Assembly (NCBI GenBank): GCA_964016885.1
Contig: OZ024755.1
Coordinates: 39,122,001-39,186,000, forward strand
Origin: Eledone cirrhosa
Lineage: Eukaryota
Direction of reading: 5' to 3'
Length of the DNA stretch: 64,000 nucleotides
Positions within the stretch are counted from its first letter, which is position 1, and every line of letters starts with the position of its first letter. Under the pieces are notes generated by a model. The model saw only the letters and a list, made by a program, of their open reading frames with translations, was not told where the DNA came from and searched no databases. Shown here in pieces: positions 54,077-64,000 of the stretch. The position numbers and the translations under genes were made by a program.

Positions 54077-55300
54077 GCCTCTGTGTGTGACTGTGTGTAT
54101 ATGTGCCTCTGTGTGTGACTGTGTATATATGTGTGTCTGTGTGTGGCTCTCTCTCTCTGTATGCGCGTGTGACTGTGTGTGACTGTGTGTATATGTGTCT
54201 GTGTGTGACTGTGTGTATATGTGTGTCTGTGTGTGACAGTGTGTATATGTGTGTCTGTGTGTGACAGTGTGTATATGTGTGTCTGTGTGTGACTGTGTGT
54301 ATATGTGACTGTGTGTGACTGTGTGTATATGTGTCTGTGTGTGACTGTGTGTATATGTGTGTCTGTGTGTGACAGTGTGTATATGTGTGTCTGTGTGTGA
54401 CAGTGTGTATATGTGTGTCTGTGTGTGACTGTGTGTATATGTGACTGTGTGTGACTGTGTGTATATGTGTCTGTGTGTGACTGTGTGTATATGTGTGTCT
54501 GTGTGTGACAGTGTGTATATGTGTGTCTGTGTGTGACAGTGTGTATATGTGTGTCTGTGTGTGACTGTGTGTATATGTGACTGTGTGTGACTGTGTGTAT
54601 ATGTGTCTGTGTGTGACTGTGTGTATATGTGTCTGTGTGTGACTGTGTGTATATGTGTGTCTGTGTGTGACAGTGTGTATATGTGTGTCTGTGTGTGACT
54701 GTGTGTATATGTGTGTCTGTGTGTGACAGTGTGTATATGTGTGTCTGTGTGTGACAGTGTGTATATGTGTGTCTGTGTGTGACTGTGTGTATATGTGTGT
54801 CTGTGTGTGACTGTGTGTATATGTGTGTCTGTGTGTGACAGTGTGTATATGTGTGTCTGTGTGTGACTGTGTGTATATGTGTGTCTGTGTGTGACTGTGT
54901 GTATATGTGTGTGTGTGTGACTGCGTGTATATGTGTGTCTGTGTGTATATGTGTGTATGTGTGTGACTGTGTATATGTGTGTGGCTGTGTGTATATGTGT
55001 GTCTGTGTGTGACTGTGTATATGTGTGTATGTGTGTGACTGTGTATATGTGTGTGACTGTGTGTATATGTGTCTGTGTGTATATGTGTGTCTGTGTGTGA
55101 CTGTGTATATGTGTCTATGTGTAACTGTGTGTATATGTGTGTCTGTGTGTATATGTGTGAATGTGTGTGACTGTGTGTATATGTGTGTCTATGTGTGACT
55201 GTGTGTCTATGTGTGACTGTGTGTCTATGTGTGACTGTGTGTCTATGTGTGACTGTGTGGGACTGTGTATATATGTGTGTCTATGTGTGACTGTGTGTAT
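54075..55300. repeat. (TG)-derived ~26-30-bp minisatellite
   Basis: Unit gtgtgtatatgtgtgtctgtgtgtgac(t/a). Confidence 0.9.
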
Positions 55301-55700
55301 ATCTCTCTCTCTCTCTCTGTGTGTGTCTGTGTGAAAGGAAAATAACACAACAAACGGCACAGTATATGGTACAAATGTATTAGTCAAAAGATAGAGTTAA
55401 AATAAGAAAATAGATAGAAAATAAAGAGTCATAAGAGGAAAAACGGCGAGAAAAAATCACAAGTACGTGTTCAGTCCACCATCTTGGAGTCATATCAAAT
55501 AACAATTTAAGTTAACTTCTTTTTCATTACACTCAAATGTAACGTTTTTCCATTGGTGCCAAGTAGCATAATACGGGGTTTGGCAAATACTTGGCAGTGA
55601 CCCTAGTCTACGCTCAGTTGTCTAATCTCGATCTCTTTCTCTGTCCAATTAGACATCACTTTGACATTATCTCGGTCTTTCAGTTTAAAGTATATTTTAG

Positions 55701-55768
<68 letters not shown>

Positions 55769-55888
55769 GAGAGAACTCAATGTAATCTATATGTTGAAAA
55801 TGTTGTAGGTTAAAATAAATCCCAGAAAACAATAAAACATTAAAAGGAAAACAGAGTCATGATATAAGTTAAAACAATGAAATAAAAA

Positions 55889-55964
55889 AAGCTCCAGCCG
55901 TTGCGACAGCTAGATCTAGCTGTCGAAATGACCGGAGCTCAGCCGTCGGGGTCCTGACTCTTTT

Positions 55965-55970
<6 letters not shown>
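55889..55970 (+). mobile_element. Family D fold-back fragment
   Basis: agctcc..cgacagctag-at-ctagctgtcGAAA..ggagct-cagccGTCgggg followed by (TA)n. Confidence 0.65.
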
Positions 55971-56047
<77 letters not shown>

Positions 56048-56073
56048 GGGTGTGTATGATTGTGTATAGAAGA

Positions 56074-56315
56074 TTATATTAATAAGAGGAATTCCAACTT
56101 TGTCTGATTTACTCGTTTTATTTACACAGTTGAACATTGCAAACTTGACTGTCACCACATATTATGAACCTGAAGATTGCGAAAGCATGAAAGTACTTGT
56201 TCAATTAACACTTAGAATTTAATATTCTATCATACTATTTCATTATAATACCATTATATATTTTAAAGGATTGTAAATAAAACGAGTAAATCAGACAAAG
56301 TTGGAATTCCTCTTA

Positions 56316-56322
<7 letters not shown>
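56074..56322 (+). mobile_element. Small pLTR element with ~50-bp inverted termini and an HHR
   Basis: 56074-56125 is the reverse complement of 56272-56322. Confidence 0.8.
56165..56203 (+). ncRNA. Minimal 39-nt type I hammerhead, intact core
   Basis: tgaac-CTGAAGA-t tgc gaaa gca t-GAAA-gtac-TT-gttca, with a GNRA-capped stem II and palindromic AGTACT stem III. Confidence 0.8.
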
Positions 56323-56385
<63 letters not shown>

Positions 56386-56389
56386 TATA

Positions 56390-57046
56390 AATTAGTGAGA
56401 ATCGTATTTCAGCTCAGGAATTAACGAAAATCAACGTCCGATATGTGTGGCAAGCGTTCGATGATTCATGTGAATCAGAGCTACAACATACGTTAAGGGC
56501 CAAACACACTGAGATGATGGTTAAACATATCATCTGCACAGCCAAAACAAACGACCAAGTAATTCGGGTCAAACAATAAAAATATATGTGTTGATAATTT
56601 ACCCGGACCCTGGACTGATGGTAAAATCCAGTATTTGGTTTCTGCGACTCCAAAATCAGGTACTGTCCGCCTACATAAAGAATGTTGGGCTTCTGGTAAG
56701 ATGATTGAACAAGGAAGCCGTGTTATCAACGGGTTTTTGCTCCAAAATGCTATACATAAGTGTGGCTATTACTGACCCCACGTGGAGTTCAGCAAGGGAG
56801 GCAACACTTATATTAGGCGAATGATTCCGTTGTGTATAATATTGCGAGAATGCAAAATATCACAAATCGAATAAAGCTCTCGACAGAATGGTTAAATATA
56901 ACAGAGCTATTCAACAGTCAATAGAAGCAACTAAAAAAATCAATAAAATTAACTGCTCAATAGCTAGACTCTGGAGATTAATACAAATATAAATTAGCGA
57001 GAATCGTATTTCAGCTCAGGAATTAACGAAAATCAACGTCCGATAT
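56390..57046. mobile_element. Family C: ~600-bp unit with terminal direct repeat
   Basis: aattag(t/c)gagaatcgtatttcagctcaggaattaacgaaaatcaacgtccgatat at 56390 and 56992. Confidence 0.8.
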
Positions 57047-57600
57047 ATATATATACCGTACATTGCCTTGGTATGCTTCTATCTGGCTTCATAATTGGTT
57101 ATTCAATATTATAATTGTCAACACATCCTTCTTTTAATAACCTTATATAACTGGGGAAGTTTGTCTTCCTACTTCCTGTTGCCAGATTTGTATTTCCGCA
57201 AACGTCTATTAAAACTGTCTTATCTCATAACTTGGTTTATGTTGTTATTTTTTGGCACCATCTTGAGATTGAAATTTATCTCTGATCCTTCGTTGAACCT
57301 CTGCCGTCATGTGGACAGGTTTTTTGTTGTACTTGTATGTCAGCCGGACTGTTGTCACCCAGGTTTTACAGTATAATTGTTCCTACTTTGGGCACACAAC
57401 CAACAATTTGAAGGAAACGGAGAAAGTCTAATAAATCAACCCCCAGTGCATTAATTGAGGAGCGGTGATGTTGAGAACCAAATTAAAACAAGATGATTAA
57501 AATGTAAAGAGGAGAGGTGGGTGCCGATGAAGGTCAAGGTCAAACTTATATTTCAAAATCTATGGATTCTAGTCAGAATGTATTTATAACTACAAATATA

Positions 57601-57792
57601 TAATTGTTTCTACTTTAGGCACAAGGCCAGCAATTACCCAGTGTATTACTGGTACTTTATTTTATCGACCCCGTAAAGATGAAAGGCAAAGTCAACCTCG
57701 GCGGGATTTGAACTCAGATCGTAAAGGGACGTAACTATACTGAAAAGCATGGCGTCCGACCCTCTAGTGATACTGCCAGTCCACCGCCCTAT
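57601..57792 (-). mobile_element. SINE whose 5' head is the first unit of the adjacent array
   Basis: Tail, core and B-box (gatttgaactc on +) run directly into the first array unit. Confidence 0.9.
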
Positions 57793-60700
57793 CATGGCGT
57801 CCGACCCTCTACCGATACTGCCAATCCACCGCCCTATCATGGCGTCCGACCCTCTACCGATACTGCCAATCCACCGCCCTATCATGGCGTCCGACCCTCT
57901 ACCGATACTGCCAATCCACCGCCCTATCATGGCGTCCGACCCTCTACCGATACTGCCAATCCACCGCCCTATCATGGCGTCCGACCCTCTACCGATACTG
58001 CCAATCCACCGCCCTATCATGGCGTCCGACCCTCTACCGATACTGCCAATCCACCGCCCTATCATGGCGTCCGACCCTCTACCGATACTGCCAATCCACC
58101 GCCCTATCATGGCGTCCGACCCTCTACCGATACTGCCAATCCACCGCCCTATCATGGCGTCCGACCCTCTACCGATACTGCCAATCCACCGCCCTATCAT
58201 GGCGTCCGACCCTCTACCGATACTGCCAATCCACCGCCCTATCATGGCGTCCGACCCTCTACCGATACTGCCAATCCAGCGCCCTATCATGGCGTCCGAC
58301 CCTCTACCGATACTGCCAATCCACCGCCCTATCATGGCGTCCGACCCTCTACCGATACTGCCAATCCACCGCCCTATCATGGCGTCCGACCCTCTACCGA
58401 TACTGCCAATCCACCGCCCTATCATGGCGTCCGACCCTCTACCGATACTGCCAATCCACCGCCCTATCATGGCGTCCGACCCTCTACCGATACTGCCAAT
58501 CCACCGCCCTATCATGGCGTCCGACCCTCTACCGATACTGCCAATCCACCGCCCTATCATGGCGTCCGACCCTCTACCGATACTGCCAATCCACCGCCCT
58601 ATCATGGCGTCCGACCCTCTACCGATACTGCCAATCCACCGCCCTATCATGGCGTCCGACCCTCTACCGATACTGCCAATCCACCGCCCTATCATGGCGT
58701 CCGACCCTCTACCGATACTGCCAATCCACCGCCCTATCATGGCGTCCGACCCTCTACCGATACTGCCAATCCACCGCCCTATCATGGCGTCCGACCCTCT
58801 ACCGATACTGCCAATCCACCGCCCTATCATGGCGTCCGACCCTCTACCGATACTGCCAATCCACCGCCCTATCATGGCGTCCGACCCTCTACCGATACTG
58901 CCAATCCACCGCCCTATCATGGCGTCCGACCCTCTACCGATACTGCCAATCCACCGCCCTATCATGGCGTCCGACCCTCTACCGATACTGCCAATCCACC
59001 GCCCTATCATGGCGTCCGACCCTCTACCGATACTGCCAATCCACCGCCCTATCATGGCGTCCGACCCTCTACCGATACTGCCAATCCACCGCCCTATCAT
59101 GGCGTCCGACCCTCTACCGATACTGCCAATCCACCGCCCTATCATGGCGTCCGACCCTCTACCGATACTGCCAATCCACCGCCCTATCATGGCGTCCGAC
59201 CCTCTACCGATACTGCCAATCCACCGCCCTATCATGGCGTCCGACCCTCTACCGATACTGCCAATCCACCGCCCTATCATGGCGTCCGACCCTCTACCGA
59301 TACTGCCAATCCACCGCCCTATCATGGCGTCCGACCCTCTACCGATACTGCCAGTCCACCGCCATATCATGGCGTCCGACCCTCTACCGATACTGCCAAT
59401 CCACCGCCCTATCATGGCGTCCGACCCTCTACCGATACTGCCAATCCACCGCCCTATCATGGCGTCCGACCCTCTACCGATACTGCCAATCCACCGCCCT
59501 ATCATGGCGTCCGACCCTCTACCGATACTGCCAGTCCACCGCCATATCATGGCGTCCGACCCTCTACCGATACTGCCAATCCACCGCCCTATCATGGCGT
59601 CCGACCCTCTACCGATACTGCCAATCCACCGCCCTATCATGGCGTCCGACCCTCTACCGATACTGCCAATCCACCGCCCTATCATGGCGTCCGACCCTCT
59701 ACCGATACTGCCAGTCCACCGCCATATCATGGCGTCCGACCCTCTACCGATACTGCCAATCCACCGCCATATCATGGCGTCCGACCCTCTACCGATACTG
59801 CCAATCCACCGCCATATCATGGCGTCCGACCCTCTACCGATACTGCCAATCCACGGCCCTATCATGGCGTCCGACCCTCTACTGATACTGCCAATCCACC
59901 GCCCTATCATGGCGTCCGACCCTCTACCGATACTGCCAATCCACCGCCCTATCATGGCGTCCGACCCTCTACCGATACTGCCAATCCACCGCCATATCAT
60001 GGCGTCCGACCCTCTACCGATACTGCCAATCCACAGCCCTATCATGGCGTCCGACCCTCTACCGATACTGCCAATCCACCGCCATATCATGGCGTCCGAC
60101 CCTCTACCGATACTGCCAATCCACCGCCCTATCATGGTGTCCGACCCTCTACCGATACTGCCAATCCACGGCCCTATCATGGCGTCCGACCCTCTACCGA
60201 TACTGCCAATCCACCGCCCTATCATGGCGTCCGACCCTCTACCGATACTGCCAATCCACCGCCCTATCATGGCGTCCGACCCTCTACCGATACTGCCAAT
60301 CCACCGCCCTATCATGGTGTCCGACCCTCTACCGATACTGCCAATCCACCGCCCTATCATGGCGTCCGACCCTCTACCGATACTGCCAATCCACCGCCCT
60401 ATCATGGCGTCCGACCCTCTACCGATACTGCCAATCCACCGCCCTATCATGGCGTCCGACCCTCTACCGATACTGCCAATCCACGGCCCTATCATGGCGT
60501 CCGACCCTCTACCGATACTGCCAATCCACGGCCCTATCATGGCGTCCGACCCTCTACCGATACTGCCAATCCACCGCCCTATCATGGCGTCCGACCCTCT
60601 ACTGATACTGCCAGTCCACCGCCATATCATGGCGTCCGACCCTCTACCGATACTGCCAATCCACCGCCCTATCATGGTGTCCGACCCTCTACCGATACTG

Positions 60701-61158
60701 CCAATCCACGGCCCTATCATGGCGTCCGACCCTCTACCGATACTGCCAATCCACGGCCCTATCATGGCGTCCGACCCTCTACCGATACTGCCAATCCACC
60801 GCCCTATCATGGCGTCCGACCCTCTACTGATACTGCCAGTCCACCGCCATATCATGGCGTCCGACCCTCTACCGATACTGCCAATCCACGGCCCTATCAT
60901 GGCGTCCGACCCTCTACCGATACTGCCAATCCACCGCCATATCATGGCGTCCGACCCTCTACCGATACTGCCAGTCCACCGCCCTATCATGGCGTCCGAC
61001 CCTCTACCGATACTGCCAATCCACCGCCCTATCATGGCGTCCGACCCTCTACCGATACTGCCAATCCACCGCCATATCATGGCGTCCGACCCTCTACCGA
61101 TACTGCCAGTCCACCGCCCTATCATGGCGTCCGACCCTCTACCGATACTGCCAATCCA
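57748..61158 (-). repeat. 45-bp tandem array derived from the SINE 5' head, about 76 copies
   Basis: Unit catggcgtccgaccctctaccgatactgccaatccaccgccctat is the reverse complement of the SINE head (compare 47952-47996). Confidence 0.97.
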
Positions 61159-61398
61159 GATATTAAGTGTCCACATCTATAAATTATCTCTTCCTTTAAT
61201 CCCTCTACCAGATTATGGTGAGAAATGTTGCTAGAAATTATAGGAAATAAAGTGTCAGTAAATATTGGAAATTACTTGTCTCAGTTCAAATATTACAGAA
61301 GGATTTATTAACGACAATGAATTATTCATGGGTAATCTGTTTGTATTTGCCTGAAGGAGGATCACTCTCACTCTCTCTTTATACATATATAAATATGT

Positions 61399-61519
<121 letters not shown>

Positions 61520-61920
61520 AACCATATATATAAAATATATGGATAATAGGATGGCAGTGTAGTTGCTAGTTAAATTAGGCTTAAAAATGGAATGAGAGTA
61601 AGAAGAAAGCAAGACCGGGGAGAGTTTCCCTCATCAGTTGTCTACTGGGGCTCTCGGATATTTCAACGCTTTAAAGACAAGATATCTACCCACAGAGCGA
61701 TCAATAACTGGGTAAGTTCTTGGGAAAACGGAGGAGGGAGGGAAGGAAAATAGAAGGGAAAAGGGAAGAAAGGAGAAAACAGCGAAAGAAACAACAAACC
61801 AGGGAATATGCGAGCAACTGAAAGTAAAAACATCCAAGACCACAGCGGTAACAGAACTTAAGGTCAAGAAGAGTGTGGACGAAAGAAAAGATACGCCTGA
61901 CCCCACCGAATGTCCCCCTC

Positions 61921-62017
<97 letters not shown>

Positions 62018-62069
62018 ATATAAATAAAATAAAATAAAACAAGGACGAGTGGATATATATATATATATA

Positions 62070-62436
62070 TATAAAATAAAGTTAAATAAAAAGTAAAATG
62101 TTTAAAATTTAGCTTCGTTTATTGCTGCTATATATATTTCAGTGACAGCCATCTTTGGCTGTGACCTCTTCAGGCAGTCCGAATTAGTGTGGTATAGACA
62201 ACAACATATGTACTTGTCTATACCACACTAATTTGGACTGCCTGAAGAGGTCACAGCCAAAGATGGCTGTCACTGAAATATATATAGCAGCAATAAACGA
62301 AGCTAAATTTTAAACATTTTACTTTTTATTTAACTTTATTTTATATTACTCCGGAGTAACCAAACCAACCTGCGCACTTCGTCGAGTGCTCCAGCCTGCA
62401 TACTGAGGTGTGGTATACAACCAACATATACTCAAA
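62070..62436 (+). mobile_element. PLE pLTR fold-back with ~130-bp arms and an HHR on each strand
   Basis: 62070-62201 is the reverse complement of 62214-62345 (one mismatch seen). AATAAA follows the HHR. Confidence 0.85.
62238..62290 (+). ncRNA. Type I hammerhead, intact core (mirror copy at ~62125-62177, minus strand)
   Basis: ctgc-CTGAAGA-ggtcacagcca aaga tggctgtcact-GAAA-tatata-TA-gcag. Confidence 0.82.
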
Positions 62437-62437
62437 A

Positions 62438-62487
<50 letters not shown>

Positions 62488-62488
<1 letters not shown>

Positions 62489-62643
62489 CAAAGGAAATGT
62501 GGTAAGGAACCAAATGGACCATGACGCACCAGAGTACTCAATACTTAGGGTAGTAGAGTGGGAAATAGGAAAAAGTATGACCCCGACGGCAGAGCTCAAG
62601 TCGTCGAAATGGCTTGAGCTCTGCCGTCGGGGTCATACTTTTT

Positions 62644-62648
<5 letters not shown>
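62488..62648 (-). mobile_element. Family D pLTR fold-back
   Basis: ataggaaaaagtatgaccccgacggcagagctcaag..cttgagctctgccgtcggggtcatactttttcctat. Confidence 0.8.
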
Positions 62649-62673
<25 letters not shown>

Positions 62674-62678
<5 letters not shown>

Positions 62679-62970
62679 TAAAATAACAGATTAAAGTTTA
62701 AGCATAGAATCGGTGCTTTGTGGTTTTGTCTTTGCGTGTAATTGTTTTTCAGCTCCAAATAATGACGTATTATATTCGTTTTTTCCCCTTCTTTGCCAGG
62801 GAACGTTTCCACGAACTAAAGTATCGTCTTCCTGTCTTCCTCCGGTTGCAACGTTTTTTGAAATATTCACTTCTGCGTTTACAGATTGACTTTGTTAGTT
62901 TCAGAAGATCCCGTTAAGGGTAAAAGCAGCGATTCTTTGCTTAAATTTTAACCTGTTATTTTAATAAATC
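62674..62970 (+). mobile_element. Family B pLTR copy with inverted terminal piece
   Basis: 62674-62719 is inverted relative to 62923-62969. The body is the reverse complement of 2075-2320. Confidence 0.75.
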
Positions 62971-63139
62971 ATTTATTGTAATTTTTTGTTGTCGTGAAAG
63001 GGACATAATCCCTTGGACTTTATCCTGTGAAGGGGAAGCTATAATATTTGGGTCTTTTGGCCCAAATATTTGAACTTTGTTTGAAACAAAATATAATTTT
63101 TTTTTTTAAACAAAAAAAAAAACAAAAAAACGCCAAAAC

Positions 63140-64000
63140 ATGGCGCCCCTCCCCCACACTCTTCGTCTCAGTGGTTTAAACGTTGCGGAAAATAACGCTG
63201 CCCTTCCCACAACAAATATGAACACCAACACGGGAAAACGAAAGGCTGGTCTCCGCATTCACAGGATCCCACCAGGACTTGACATGTGGTGGTTCCTGAG
63301 TTGTGGGACTGTGGAGGAGACGGATACCGTCCCGATAGAGGTTACAAGGACTGCTAGAGAGGACTGGTCCGGGGTTTACCTGGAGATACTTCTCAAGATC
63401 AGGCCGGAGAATATAAAAACAATCCTGGACCACATCCGTCTTCAGAACGGGACGGTGATACATATAATGACGAAGGGCAAAATGCCGCATTGTTTCGTTT
63501 GTGGAGAAACGACGCATTTGCGAAGTTTCTGCCCTCAACTAACGAAAGGTGTAAGAGGTTGAAGAGCTCTACTGCTGCCGACGCCGGGGCGAGGACCACC
63601 ACCAACACCAGCACTGGCAAAACCACCAGCAACAACACCAATGGAAACGCCACCGCCAAAATTTGCTAGCCGGGGGGAGGGAGCTGTCCAATTCCCTCTC
63701 CCCCCAAAATACACACATAAAAACATGGGCATGCCGTGGCTAATGATGCGCAGACATGCGCTGAGGCTGCGCCATCTCCAGATATTCTGCCTAAACGGTG
63801 AACAGGTGTGGTCGCCGTTTGTCAGACAGGCCTTTCCGCAGTTCGTCTTTTTGACTAAGCTGCAGTCCTGTGTTAAGAAGAGACCCAGACTGGGTGACTG
63901 GCATCTGGAATGTTGCCAGGCACTCACTGCCTTCTAACAGGCGGGCAATGCAGTCAGTGGTACTTCCACTCTCGAGTTCTATAGAGGATTAGTGGTGGGC
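63140..64000 (+). mobile_element. Tx1/L1-like non-LTR retrotransposon, probably internally deleted; runs off the window end
   Basis: ORF1-like 63140-63562 ends in a CCHC knuckle (CFVCGETTHLRSFC). Within ~200 bp comes MGMPWLMMRRHALRLRHL..W, resembling the post-RT GGLGxP..ALRL segment of Tx1-type ORF2. Confidence 0.6.

Noticed and set aside
57646-61234. 1176-aa and 1161-aa ORFs on opposite strands
   Set aside because: Both arise from a stop-free 45-bp (15-codon) unit that is SINE head sequence. Nothing supports a protein.
61608-61642. CTGATGA motif on the minus strand (similar cases near 12115, 12405, 28862, 47450)
   Set aside because: GAAA or the stems are missing or weak, so not called as ribozymes.

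Overview
AT-rich, repeat-saturated eukaryotic DNA. The SINE family and microsatellite density suggest a cephalopod or other mollusc (inference). No intact host gene is evident, and nearly all ORF-track entries are translations of (TA)n/(TG)n tracts or tandem repeats. The window contains: (1) many decayed Penelope-like elements (PLEs), as RT and GIY-YIG remnants plus pseudo-LTR fragments. These sit in (TA)n tracts, are often folded back on themselves, and carry at least 15 type-I hammerhead ribozyme (HHR) motifs, about 8 with intact cores. (2) About 13 copies of a tRNA-derived SINE with a Nin/Deu-like core; the 5' head of one is amplified into a ~76 x 45-bp array. (3) RTE and Tx1-like LINE remnants, two TA-flanked MITEs, Helitron-like ends and a probable solo LTR. 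(4) Several minisatellites, including a 20-bp array rich in TGACGTCA (CRE) sites and an 87/84-bp satellite whose unit resembles a hammerhead. Best leads: a ~430-nt non-coding HHR monomer resembling a retrozyme, fold-back junctions that recur at HHR stem II, a shared TTGAGTRCT motif downstream of unrelated HHRs, and the SINE-head array. All folds and alignments were done by eye.
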